Assembly: GCA_964016885.1 (NCBI GenBank)
Contig: OZ024741.1
Location: 176,266,001 to 176,330,000, forward strand
Length of the DNA: 64,000 bases
Source: Eledone cirrhosa
Lineage: Eukaryota
Direction of reading: 5' to 3'
The stretch's first letter is position 1; each line of letters opens with the position of its first letter. Shown piece by piece: positions 45,980-60,267 of this stretch. The notes below the pieces were generated by a model, which had not been told where the DNA came from, searched no databases, and saw only the letters and a program-made list of their open reading frames with translations. Position numbers and translations under genes: made by a program.

Positions 45980-46034
<55 letters not shown>

Positions 46035-46041
46035 ATGTATA

Positions 46042-46090
<49 letters not shown>

Positions 46091-46093
<3 letters not shown>

Positions 46094-46183
46094 AGAAAAA
46101 GTGAAGAATAACATGGTCAACAGTACAAAAGAAGGGATTTATTTTTTTGTACTGTTGATTATATTATTCTTCACTTTTTCAAT
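46091..46183. repeat. Hairpin with ~40-bp arms next to (TA)n
   Basis: gaaaaagtgaagaataa..tcaacagtacaaaa / ttttgtactgttga..ttattcttcactttttc. Confidence 0.75.
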
Positions 46184-46347
46184 TTAATTACTCCAAGATA
46201 AACTTACATAGGAATACAAGTGAAATCATAAACTCGCCTCCTATGTAAACCTCTTGTTGATTCAAACAACGCCGTACGCTAAGTTATCCGTGATAAGAAG
46301 TATTCACAACCTCTAACTGGATTACCTATAACGATATTTTGTTATCC

Positions 46348-46377
<30 letters not shown>

Positions 46378-46379
<2 letters not shown>

Positions 46380-46946
46380 ATTTTGCGAGGTTTTTTTATA
46401 TGAAATCGTGTGTCGAAACAAATACTGTTATACTTGGGGAGGGTCATATTTGTGTAATATTGCCAGAATTAATAACAGAACACACTCACTGTTTGGTTGG
46501 TTTTCGCTTCTGTGTCTTTTATATCGGTTAATTTAATTTATTCGGTCCTCAATGTTGCCATTGACTGACCAACGGTCAAACATACAGATACAATATCGAC
46601 ACAAACACATATATATAGTCTATCAAAGTTCTTTCGTTGCACATTTGCAACATCGTCAGTGGTGCTTTTGTTTCCTCCCGTTGCATTGTATGAAAAAGAT
46701 GGCGTAAACATACAATGCAAAGGGAGGAAACAATAGCACCACTGACGATGTTGCAGATGTGCAACGAAAGAACTTTGATAGACTATATATATGTGTTTGT
46801 GTCTATATTGTATCTGTATGTTTGACCGTTGGCCAGTCAATGGCAACATTGAGGACCGAATCAATTAAATTAACCGATATAAAAGACACAGAAAGGAAAC
46901 CAACCAAACAGTGAGTGTGTTCTGTTATTAATTCTGACAATATTAC
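46378..46946. mobile_element. Head-to-head foldback of a PLE 3' terminus with two HHR-like motifs (46621-46664 -, 46737-46780 +)
   Basis: ~240-bp arms; CCA-CTGACGA-tGTTGCA gatg TGCAAC-GAAA-GAAC-TT-TGA; same family as 60268-60340 and 61625-61870. Confidence 0.82.
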
Positions 46947-47720
<774 letters not shown>

Positions 47721-47949
47721 ATTTTTTATATGGTTGATTATGCTAATTGGGAGAGGAAATGGTATATATTTTATCTGGTGATTCTATAGACATGTTTTAT
47801 GATATATATATATATATATATATATATACTTTTCTAATGTATAAATACAGATATAAATTTAAAATAGCAAAGTAGGTGTACTCGTATTAGTGTGTGTGCA
47901 CTGTAGCAATGAATAGAATTGTGTGGTGCTTTGTAATATGTATTGTATG

Positions 47950-49400
47950 TTCTTAGTTCTTACGTTCTTCCGGCGCGTCGTGTAGTAAGTATTTGCCAAC
48001 GGTCAGGATCAGCAGCGACTTTTTTGCGTCCATTCCAAGTGATGTAGTCTGCCATCAGGTCTTTTCGGAACGTTCGTCGCCAAGTGATCCTGGGGCAATC
48101 CCGCCTCCGTTTGCCACCAGGTGGAGTCCAGTTCATCGCTTATTTCGAGTGTCATTCGTTGGCCAGGCGCAGAATATCGTCATCGAGGCGGCACCGGCGC
48201 TCCGTGACCATTCTCTGCAGCGTCGATAACTAGGCCCTACGCAGGATTTCCTCATTTCGCACTTGGTCACGCCAGGACACACGAAGCGGTGAGAGAATGC
48301 AACCCTATCTGACCCCGTCACACCGGATTCAGTTTGCACGCAGCAACTGTAGTTTGCGTACAGTACTTTGGAAATGGTGATAAGTCTTGCAGGAATGCCA
48401 TTCGAGAGCGAGTTATTCCAATGCATTGTTCGAAGATGTTCCGTAGTGTGAAGATCTGTTCGGTGCAAGACCGGTTGTTTCGGAAGCCGGCTTTTTCGTC
48501 CCGATGTACAGTCATCGCAGCAGCACAGTGCAAAACGCCTTGCTTGGGACTGGCAGCAATATGATGCCGCGCCAGTTGTTGCAGTTGGTCAGGTTTCCCT
48601 TCTTCGGCAGTTTGACGATGACACCTCGTTGCCACTCGAGAGGAATCCGACCAACCCTCCAGCAGCGGTTCATCAAATTGGTCAACGCTATTATCATGCT
48701 TCCTTAACCTAATATGAGCAACTCTGTAGAAATCTCATCTAGCCCGCCTGCTTAGCCGTTCCTAAAGTCGCCGATCGCATCTCTTGTTTCCTGCTTGGCG
48801 ATTTGGTCCTCGCAGATCTTGAATACCGCAGCGATTGCTGGATTCTCTGCGGTCAAGTCTATCAGGACGACTCGAGTTTTGTCCTTCACTGGCATGTCGG
48901 CACCGCACGACACTCCCGTCAACTACTTCACAATACCTTTTATGGATCCATTGTTCTTTCCTCGTTCCTCGCCTTCGCCCAACAGTTTCTTGAGTTGCTT
49001 CGGTCATTGTTTTCGCAAACATCGCTCATTGATCTTCCAGATCTGCAACCTCACTCAACTGCTGAAACCGGTTGTGCAGCACCAGTTGTTACAGTCTCGC
49101 CTGACCAGGATCCTTCAGCTTCTCCACTGCATACGGCTTCGATCTTTCCTGTCGTATCAGTTTCTTTAGGCGCAGCTGAAGTTCGGCACTGAGTAGGTGG
49201 TGGTCTGAGCTCGGTATACTCTGACATCACGCCACGAGGTCATCCTTCGCTGGTTGTTGTAGACGTAGTCGATATTGTAGCTTTTCTGGTCCGGAGACTG
49301 CCAAGTAACATTGTGAATCGCCTTGTGTTTGAAGTAGGTGTTGCTGATGCAGAGGCTATTGATGGCGGGAAAAGGTGATTGCAGCAGAACCGAACAGCCC
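47950..49400 (-). mobile_element. RTE-clade LINE, degraded and deleted
   Basis: EWQRGVIVKLPKKGNLTNCNNWRGIILL, AGFRNNRSCTEQIFTLRNI, endonuclease remnant near 49200-49370. Confidence 0.88.
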
Positions 49401-49611
49401 AGTTACCTGTTCTACTCCGTGTCTATTACAGTGAATCTGAGCGTTGAAATCGCCGATCAGTGGTATAATGTCGTAGGGGGCCATATTGACATACGGAGTT
49501 TCTTTGGCATTTTAAGCCTGACTGAACCCGTACATCTCCAGGATTGCGTACAGAGAAAGATAGAGAGTCAGAGAGATAGGAAACGAGAAAGAGATAATGA
49601 GGAAGAATGGA

Positions 49612-49700
49612 CTCAGTACGAAACTGGTACTTTTTTTGATCGACCTCGAAAGGATGAAAAGCAAAGTTGACTTCGGCGCGATTTGAACTCAGAGAGCAAA
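49612..49700 (-). mobile_element. SINE fragment
   Basis: ggtacttt..atcgacc..aaggatgaaa..atttgaactcag. Confidence 0.7.
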
Positions 49701-50906
49701 GAGCCGGAACGAATACCATAAATCGTTCTATCTGATGTTGTAACAATTCGCCGTATGTAACATAGAGATTTTAATATCAGTTAATCTGTGGAGTTGAGTA
49801 GTATAGAAGGTGTACCGTATCATATATGTGTGGAAAAAGAAACAGAAAAGATATACTCCATCTCTGGTGTCGAGGTTAAGTTCTGTACCCAAATGGTACT
49901 CTGGAATTTGGTGTAAGTGCATTTCTACATTGTACTTTCTCTGTTACTCACCTCCCCTAAAAATCAGCTACTAGAATCATTTGTTGCTCTTGTATAGCGT
50001 TTTGATGTTTCTCCCCAATATAAATATCTATGAATTTACAAGACCTTTGTTTTTCTGCAATGTTGAAATGAATCCTTCCTGTTAATCAAACTCTCAGAGT
50101 AATGGTTTTATATCTATGGTGATTAACTCAACATATACATTAAGGTTTAATATAATGGATTGCGTATATTAATTTTAATTTAGGTAAATGTCATCAAATT
50201 TGGTGATATGGAAAATCGATTAAATTGATCTCAGTGTTTGACTGGCACGTTAATGTAACGACCTCATAAGAATGAATGGCGAGTGTCGTGCAAGTATAAC
50301 ATCTTAAAGCTACTTCAGCAGCCAACATTCTTTCAATGTGCGTGCTTCGTTACTCAATGTTCTGTGGCTTATACAGCTCATCTCCATCGACATTACATAC
50401 TGACATATCTTACATTACATTTAATATTCTATGAAACACGAAGCGTATACATTGTGGATAAACTTAATAAATTGTGTTTGTGAATCGAAACCCTGCACAT
50501 GGATATCACTGAACTTACAAAATGATGCTGACAATTAAATTTGTTAATTTATTTCCGAATAATGAAATTTATAGTAAATTTCTGATTAATTCAAATACCC
50601 TTCGGGTGTCAACCACTGCTTCTACTTTTGTTAGATACTACTGTCTATTTTCCTCACGCAGGTGATGGAAATATTGTGAATCATATTCGGTTTAACACAC
50701 AAAAGATCACCACAGAGCTGAAAGGAATATTGCTGTAATGAAGGTTGCAGCATTCTTCCTTTATGCGGAGGACACAGTTACATTAAGTTCATATGATTTC
50801 AAATCATTTCTCACTCAAATGAACCTCAACCTTTTCATTCTTTCGCAATGATTTTAATACAACAATAAAAGCTTGTCTTTGTTTCACCTTTGGGAATAAT
50901 ATAGCC

Positions 50907-50938
50907 TTGTTGTTGTTGTTGTTGTTGTTGTTGTTCTT

Positions 50939-51001
<63 letters not shown>
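50907..51001. repeat. Compound microsatellite (TTG)n(TTC)n(TTA)n
   Basis: Seen directly. Confidence 0.95.
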
Positions 51002-54000
51002 GGCGACCTTCGTAGTAAATCGTATCATCGTGAGCTCCGCAAAGGTTTGTTATTTTCAGTTGTTTAAAATTGCCATTTATGGGAAATTTTTATTGTTAAC
51101 TATATATAAGTTCACATACATTGATTTCTGAAAAGGACACTCAAAAATATTGGGCCCTTGAGCCCAAAATTTAAACTTTTTATAATTACCAAACAAACAT
51201 TTTTCTTTGAAAAATCATGGATGACACAGAGTCACTCCTACTACAATCTAACACCTCACACCGACGCCACCATTGTAAATATTACTACGTTTGCCAACAC
51301 TAAAAATATAAGCAGTAGCAATATTTTAAATTTGTCTCAGGCAGACGTTCATTTCTCGCCATTACCAATAACTGCAGGTGTTAAAGCCGCCACCACCACC
51401 ACCACCGCGGCAACTCCCCCCCCAACCACCACAGCGACAACAGAAACAAAAGAAAAAAATAAATTAACTCGTGATATCAAAATGAATTCAACCAAAATGA
51501 ACTCTTCCACACCGAACACCACTGACGCGACCACCACCACAACTGAAAATAAAATTAACAATAGCAAAAATAACGATAACAACAACAGCAACATTGACAT
51601 TAAGAAAACTACCCTGAGTTTTGCCAGAGTAGCAAAAACGTGCGAAGTTATCCAGGTAACTCTGGAGGAATTAGAAGAAGCAAAAGGAATGGTAAAGAAA
51701 GATGGGTACAGGGACAGCCTCACCCCCACCACCCACATCTAATAAAATGGAGCAACGTCGCCTATGCACCGTGTGTTATCGGACAATTAACATAAAATTG
51801 CGCCGAGTGGAACGGGCATCCGAGTCCCAAATACAAAAAGCTTTGGGACATGTGTGGGCAAAAAAAACTCACATCAGACGTGGGCAGAAGTATGGAACCG
51901 TGGACGTGTTCTTTGAAACACCGCAGGAGGCCAGAAAACACTCCATGGCCCCATTAAGAAGTGACGACTTCACACTCGTCCCAAGCTATTGTGGCCAGAG
52001 AGTTGTGAAGATCAGGGTGACCCATGTTCCACCGGCCATCGAAATTCCCTGGCTAATGGCTGCCGTCCTCGCCGGTATCGAGGCCAACACCAAGATAATT
52101 GAAATAGCGAAAGAAAAGCAGGAGAACTGCTCCGCATCTGGGATGGAGCTCCTGATCCAAGCGGACCATAAAAAGCATTGAGGAGATCCCAGAGGTAATA
52201 GACCTCACTGACGGCAGCGACCTCACCGTAATCGTCGAGGGCAGAAGACCTAGGTGTGTCGTTTGTGCTGAAGGAACCCACCTAGAGGCTTTCTGCCCTC
52301 AGGCTAAAAGGTTGAGGCCACCTCTCTTACCCACACCAGTGACTCAACCATCAAGACCACCAGCAGCAGACATGGCAGCAACAACTGTAACAGCAACAAC
52401 AGAAGCAACTGTAACAGCAACAACCCCAGCAACAGTAGCAAAACCACCACCACCACCACACCACAACCAAAACCAACGCCTGTAGAGGATTTTCCACTCC
52501 CCGGCTTATCGCAACTAGAGACAGATTGTGACGACGAGGAGTGGGAAACGGTATCAGGAAAAAAGAGAAAAAGAAACCAAAAATGAAAAAAATTCTCTTC
52601 CTTCCCCCTCCAAAAACAAAATACAGAGGGAAACAAATAAATTATCAAACAAAAAAGTTAGGACATATATGACACCATCCACAACAGCATCACCAACCCC
52701 ATCACCACAAACACCAACACCATCACCATCATTAACTCCAACACCACCATCACCAACACCACAAAAGTCACCAAAAAGCTAACAGAAACAAACCCACAAC
52801 AAACGCAAACAAAACAAAACAACCAAAACGATACACACTACACAGCATTAAATTTGAACAACAACCAATTATTACACTACATGCAACACAACACCAGCAT
52901 CACAGAAAAAGACTACACAACAACCGAAAAGTTCACACAACCTCCACACATACAAATCACTCGCATCACACAGAAAACGTACACGACACTAAAACAAAAA
53001 TTCCCCAAAGACATCGGAGACTTCCGACAAACACTCTCCAGGAGGATTTATAAGGACATCCTTCCGGAGGAGGCCACAGGCAGTGAACATGGTGGACAAA
53101 CCATCCTTCCTCTACGAGAAGTAAGGTAAGTGGTCTTTCCCATCTTTTCCACTCTATTTCAACATGACCTCACTCAGAATAGGCAGCATAAATGCGCGTG
53201 GCTTGGGGTCGTCATGGAAGCAGGGCCACCTGCTCAACGACCTCACGTCACTAAACATAGATGTAGTGGCCATGAGCGAGACCAGAATCTCCGAAGCACG
53301 GGCCTTCGCACCGATCTTCGGCGGCTACAATGTGTACGCATCTCCCAGCTGTGCTTTTTCGGAGAGGTTTGGATCTCGCCATACGGGCCATCTTCCTGGA
53401 CCCAGAAGGTAAGTTGGTGGTGCTAGACGTGACCAGCGGAGACGGGCAAGCTTTCAGGCTAGTGGCCATCTATGCCCCGACAGGAGCAGGGCGGCCTGAT
53501 TTCTTCCGGCGTCTGGAGACCTTTCTTGGAACGTCCCGCTCTTTAGTGTTAGTGGGCGACTTCGGGATCTTAGATGGGCGGAACGGGATCTTAGATGCAC
53601 GCTAGGACTGTGTGGGATTAGCGGATAGGGGAGGAGGGTACAAGAGCCTCACCAACCTGCTCAGGCGTTTTGAACTGTCTGACAGGTACCGATTGGATTT
53701 CCCGAATGTGCCAATGTGACTTCGACAAAGCGCATAGGATCATCCAGATCATATCTAGATAAAGTATTTTGTAGGGAAATAGATAGGTCTAGCATAGGCT
53801 GTCCACAATTCAAGATAGTCAGCTACACGGACCACAAATTCGTGATCTGTGTGCTTGACTTAGATAGGCTTCATAGACGAGGACCCGGCTACTGGAAGCT
53901 AAACGCGTCCTTACCAGCGCTCAAGGCCTACAGAGACCGGATTAGCGAACTAGTTAAGCGGGCGTTGACGGGGGCCATCGTCAACAACAAGTGGTGGGTT

Positions 54001-56681
54001 GCTCTGAAAAGAGCAATTAGAATAGAGTCGATTAGGTTTAGTAAGGCTTTAGCAGTAGAGAAAAATAGAGCAGAGGTAGAATTAGTTAGAAAATTAGACG
54101 AGGCGCTTAGCAAAGGCATCGCGACCGACGTACTTGCGGAGAAATTGGCCCTTGACCAATTCTTCAATACAAAGCACGAAGGCTGCGTTGTCAGAGCTAG
54201 GGTGCGTGCTCTCAGACACGAGGGGACGAAAGCCGTTCAATGGGCCCGTGTGGCGGAGGCGCGTCGTGGCAACAAAGCCACGATCCGGTCTTAGGTGGAC
54301 CACGACGGACGCATGCTACTCGATCCCGGGCAAATGTGTGAATCTTTTCAGCGACACTTCGCTCAACTGTTCGGGGGCAGCGGCGGGCCGGATCTAGGGA
54401 TGGACTTTAGTGTCTACCTCGACGGACTGCCGCAGCTCGAGTGTTGCGAAAAGCCGATAACAGCCGCTGAAGTACGGGAGGCAATGACTGGCTGCACAAG
54501 GGGTAAATCGCCGGGTTTGGATGGTCTGCCCTATGAACTTTACGTACACATGCCATACTTGTTCGGAGGCCTCTTGGCGGACGGCTACTGCAACTGGCAT
54601 CAGAACGGGAGAATTCCCAGCTCTGTGAGCCGAGGAGCTGTGGCGCTGCTGAGAAAGGATCCGAACAAGGGGGATAACATAGATAATTTCAGGCCAATAA
54701 CTCTGCTAAACACAGAGTTCAAGATTTTTGTCCAAGGTGCTAGCAAAGAGGTTGGCGCTTGTCGTTGGTGGTCTGGTGAGAGAGGCGCAGACGTGCGCCA
54801 TTCCTGACAGATCCATCCACGACTACCTCCACCTCATGCGATACATCGTAGAGAGGGTAGCTAGGGAACCTGGCACGGGTGGGTCCTTGATCAATTTAGA
54901 TCAGTCGAAAGCTTTCGATAGGGTCGACCATCGTTACCTAGCGGCAGTCCTGAGGGCGGCTGGCTTTGGGCCCGTCTTCAGAGGCTGGATCGCTGCCATG
55001 CACAGCGACATCTGCTCTGTGGTGAGAGTGAACGGTCACCTTTCGGAACCGTTCAACATCATGCGCTCGGTCCGCCAAGAATGTCCCCTCTCGTCCCTCT
55101 TGTACGTATTGACTCTCGACCCATTACTGCACAAACTGGAGACTTTGAGGGGAGTCCCGCGCGAAATAGGATGCGGAAGATCCGTGTCAGCATATGCGGA
55201 CGATGTCACCGTAGTGGTGTCGAACGCTAAACACCGGGCGCTGGACGGACGGAACGGTAAATTGCTAGGGGTCTGGTTCGCTACGGACCTCCAGATGGAC
55301 AAAAACTGGGACGAGGTGACGAGCAGGGTGGCTTCTGTCACCTAGAAATGGGCCGAAAGGAAGCTATCCCTGAAAGGTCGATTGGAGGTGGCTAACGCGT
55401 ACATCGCGTCCGTCATCTACTACCGCCTGACCGTCGTACCTTGTCCTAAGCCCCGCCTGACTGCGCTGGAGCGTTTGCTCTTTCGCTTTTTGTGGAAGGG
55501 ACGCGCTCCGATGGTCAGGTTGTCCATCTGCTGTCAACACCCGCTACGTGGAGGGCTGGGCATGCCGTGGCTGATGATGCGCAGACACGCGCTCAGACTA
55601 CGACATCTCCACCTCTTCCTCAACGGTGATCAGGTGTGGTCGCCGTTTGCTAGACACATCTTTCCCCAGCTCGTCTCCTTGATGGAGCTGCAGTCCTGGG
55701 TCAAGCGAAGACCGAGAGGGAGCGCTTGGAGACTGGAATATTTTCAGGCGCTCACAGCCCTCGACCAATCGGGCAATGTGATCGGTGGAAACTCCACCTT
55801 GGCGTTCTATAGAGGATAAGTGGAGGGGAAGAGCGACGACGTACTTGGAGAAATTCTAGGCGTCGACGAAAATCAACTAGCCAATCTCTTCAGAAGGACT
55901 TTCGGGCCGGGGCCTATGGACAACTTCCAGAAATCCCTGGCCTGGCAGTGCTACCGAGGAGCTTTGCCAGTTCGGGATAAACTCTACAGGCATGGAGGTG
56001 CCGTCAGCCGGGCATGTCCGAGATGCGCGTGGGCGACGAAACCGGCCTACACGCACTCGTCTAGTGTCCGAGCATTGCTGACTTGTGGGTTTATGTCGAA
56101 CACCTGCTGTCGCGTGTAGGACGGATCCAGCTATCAGTTGAGTCCATCGTGAGGATTGCCCCGCTCTCTTCCTTTAGCCGGAAGGGCAGGCAGTTTTTAT
56201 CTGTCTGGTGGCCATGGCGAAAGAGATAGTATGGTGGACACGTTTGAAAGGGCTGAAGACGAGCACTTACCTCTTCGGTGATGCCCTGATTAACTTTTTC
56301 AAATTTCATTTGAAAAGGAAAATCAGGGTAGAGAGGGAAGTGCTCTCTTCCCAGCATTTTGTTGAAAGATGGGTGAGAGAAGCAAGTATGGACCGTGTGA
56401 ATGGGCCTACTCTAAGTATGTGTCTGTAAATTAAACGTGGAAAACTGGGAGAGGGCACTTGCCCTGGTGGTCAGGGTCACTGTGGCCTTTTACTGGGCTA
56501 TCTCCACAAATGTCCCTCCGAAGTCTCCCCCCTATTGGGGAATTTTTCATTGTTATTTTTTTGTTACATCCTCTGTTTTTGTTTTTTGCACGCAGAAATG
56601 CCCATTTGTACCGCCCTGTATTGTCCTGTACTCTCCTTAATGTCTACTTTATGTAAACCCTTGTGGTTAATAAAGAAAACA
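51002..56681 (+). mobile_element. Near full-length L1/Tx1-type LINE, disrupted (ORF1 ~51220-53130; ORF2 53164-56429)
   Basis: ORF2 begins MTSLRIGSINARGL..AMSETR (APE), AIYAP, VGDF, YLD, TDH, GPGYWKLN, KSPGLDGLP, NFRPITLLNT, LDQSKAFDRVDH, VRQECPLS, AYADDV, C-terminal CPRC; ORF1 has a CxxC..H...C knuckle near 52255. Confidence 0.93.
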
Positions 56682-56706
56682 TTATTATTATTATTATTAT
56701 TATTAT

Positions 56707-57595
56707 CATTTATCTTGCTTTATGTTTATACGAGTTATCACCAAGTCACAACCAGTGACCTCAAGAGACAACAAGGTCCGCCATGTTCAAGAAAGAACAC
56801 ACATATTCACACATGCATCCTTAGTGTTTAGACTTGTGATGTACTTATATTGACAGGATCTTCCTTAGTATATGGGCAGTTCCCATTAGTACTATCTTTT
56901 GTATTTCTCCTATACGCGGGTTTCCTGGGATTTGCGATAAGTAGTCGTTAGACCCCTTAGGTATCATTCCCAGAGCGCCTACAACCACTGGTATTGTTTT
57001 AGTTCTCAATTTCCACATTTTTCCAATTTCTATCTCCCGGTCCTTATACTTGCTCAATTTTTCAAATGTTTTTATAGATACATTCTTGTCCATTGGAACA
57101 GACATATCAATTAGCAGGCATACCCTCCTTTGAAAGTCCTTCAATATTATATCAGGTCTATTTGCATCTATTTTTCGGTCTGTTTGGATGCTAAAGTTCC
57201 ACAAGATTGAGATGTGATCTTTTTCAAGTATGGGAGGTGGTTGATGCTCCCACCAATTATTTTGATGGGGCAGGTCAAAATGTATGTATTGTGCAGCTCT
57301 GTCATGCCTGTTTAGGTATTCGGTTGGAGCTATAGGACTGCACATTGAAATTATATGGTCAATGGTCTCTGGTTGTTTTTTGCATACACGGCATAATGGG
57401 CTGCACCCATTTTTTATTATGTTGGCTTGGTAATTTTTTGTTGGCAGACACTGATCTTGTGCGGATATAATCAGTCCTTCAGTCTCCGATTTCAGTCCAG
57501 AGGATGCCAACCACTGATGGGTTAAAGTTTTGTCAACATCAGGATTGTTAGCTCGCTCTGGGTATTTTCCATACAGAGGCTTTTCTTGCCATTTC
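56707..57595 (-). mobile_element. Dong/R4-clade non-LTR retrotransposon, 3' fragment (CCHC plus restriction-like endonuclease) in (TAA)n
   Basis: ORF 56845-57510: CRVCKKQPETIDHIISMC, YLNRHD, NRPDIILKD..LIDMSVP, KLSKY, IPVVVGALG; (TTA)n on both sides. Confidence 0.92.
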
Positions 57596-57640
<45 letters not shown>

Positions 57641-57889
57641 CATTCATCTTCCCTTTCTTTATTTTATTCTTATTCTTCGTCATCTTCATTTAGTATCGCT
57701 GCAGCTCACACCCTTCTTCCTCCCACTCATTGTACCACTCTAAGCCTCCTGAGAAAACCCCTCTCGTGTTACATGCGTGGAGAAGGCAGTATTCGACCTC
57801 ATCTACCCTAGTAATAATAATTTTTACATGGATGCAGTGTATAATCTTTATGAAAAGAGAACCGATGTTATAACATTCCTTTATGTCGA

Positions 57890-58150
57890 AGGCGCATGTC
57901 TTGGTGATTAAGATGTTTGGCCCCAGAACGTACATTCGTGTTCCCGGATCCAGATGGCATATTGTATCCCTGAGCAAGCCAATTTATTTCACGTTGTCCC
58001 AGTCCCCTTAGCTGGAAAAGATAAGTTGTACCTTTAAGTGCAATGGTCGGCCTTTTAATACAATTGCGTCAGTCGTGCAAGTGTCTGTGGAACGCCCAGC
58101 CACTTGCACTTTAATTTCATAAGCAGACTGTTTCGTTGTTAAAATAATTG
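57890..58150 (+). mobile_element. Decayed SINE (second family)
   Basis: tRNA-like head followed by gtatccctgagcaagc..tatttcacgttg and a tail shared with 4385-4520. Confidence 0.55.
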
Positions 58151-58552
58151 AAACGATCATCTGAATTGCGACGGAGGTCCAGCATTCTAATATTGTCGCA
58201 TGCAAAGTATTATATTTCAAAATGCAACCTTGAGCTGGAGAATCGCCCACAAAGAAATCTGAGTTGTCAAAATTCCTAATTATGCAAATGTGAATCATAC
58301 AACCATTCTCTAGACTGAACAACAAACTTGTTAGAATAATACTTTCAATTCCTATTTAGTTAATATTGATTAAACTCTGTGTTCTCTAATTCTTTTAAAC
58401 TCGCATTAGTTGCTTAGATAATAGCTCATCCCATTAGAATGAGTGTAATTTTAATCAACGTTTCTTGTCATACTACAATAAATATGCCATTGATTACTTT
58501 GCAAATGCTTCCGGGTATTTCGTCTAGTTATTACTCTATATACGCTACATAA

Positions 58553-58742
58553 TTGTTTCTACTTTTTGGCACAAGGCCAGCAATTACCCAGTGTATTACT
58601 GGTACTTTATTTTATCGACCCCGTAAGGATGAAAAGCCAAGTTAACCTCGGCTAGATTTGAACTCAGATAAAAAAGGGACGTAACTCTATGCTTCAAAAC
58701 ATGGCGTCCGACCCTCTACCGATACTGCCAATCCACCGCCCT
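58553..58742 (-). mobile_element. Full-length SINE with 17-bp TSD tatatacgctacataat
   Basis: Direct repeat on both sides; B-box-like motif. Confidence 0.88.
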
Positions 58743-58813
58743 TATATACGCTACATAATCCTGAATTCTAAGTGATCCTAAATTGTATAATTTTCCCCCC
58801 TTTTCTCAGTACC

Positions 58814-59005
<192 letters not shown>

Positions 59006-59748
59006 CTGAATGGGCATTCCATGAATTTCGTACTATAATGATATTCGTAACCATAAACGCTGGTATTTTGACGAAACTTCTAAATTTCATGATTGCTGTT
59101 AGTAATGACTGCCATGCATTGTTTTGGTGTGGTAATAGGTATCTATTTGGAATCTTATATTTTTACCTCATTGACCCTGTGCCATAATGTTTTGTAGACA
59201 GCTTAGTGTTTCCATATTTTATTATAGATTTATCATTTCAATTCCGAAATAGTCAAAGATGTTTACAAACGTTTTTATTCATTTGTCTAGTGTTATATTC
59301 AAAGCAGCCGCTTTGTTTTATTATATTTTCAAGGGGACTTCATCTACTAAGCAAATTGTATGCTTAATTCTTTTCTTTGAAATAGTAACGTTAATCAAGA
59401 AACACCAATTGGCAAGGTCATTTTCTAAACAGGTTATCAACTTATCGCTATTTCATAAATTCCTTTAACGCAATCAATTGTCTGCTGTTAATTATGAAAC
59501 ATATTGGTAATTATATATTAATAAATAAGGTGCAGTTACTGGTGTATGTAGAATCTAGATAGATTGACTTCTAAATTCGTCTCACAATCCACGAAATCTA
59601 TTTTCATCTGAATACGACAAATATTCCATGAATGCCTTTTTTCACATCATTGAGTTTAATTGTTTGTTTAATTGTGTTTCACTGGATACATTTTTACAGT
59701 ATGTATGGAGTGTTGAAGCTAATTAATAAATGATCAATATATATATAA

Positions 59749-59782
<34 letters not shown>

Positions 59783-60223
59783 AGTGTGTGTTATATAAAC
59801 ATATATTTTTATATTCAGATATAAATACATTTAACTATTAACTATCCTACCTCATTCACACACACAAATTAGTCACATATATTTGCAATTGAACACACAA
59901 ACACACACAAACACACACATATAGATACACACTGACAAACAGACTGACAGACAGACACACACATACACGCACATATATATATATATATATCATCATCATC
60001 ATCATCATCGAAGAACTGATGTAAAACTGAGGTCAGATTGGTATGAAACTTTAATGCAAATTACAACTGTTTTGATATCGATCAGGTCGGGTTTGATCAG
60101 TCGATCGGATCCCGACTTCTAATTAACACCGCTTCAGATATATATGTGTACATGAGTGGTTCCATCCCAACTGTTAACATACACCCCGTGTTCGTTTTAA
60201 ATATATAATGCTGTATTATGGTG

Positions 60224-60260
<37 letters not shown>

Positions 60261-60267
60261 CGGCGAT

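Noticed and set aside
50640-50740. Possible terminal exon (ttttcctcacgcag then DGNIVNHIRFNTQKITTELKGILL*)
   Set aside because: Too short, no recognisable homology and no partner exon; needs RNA-seq
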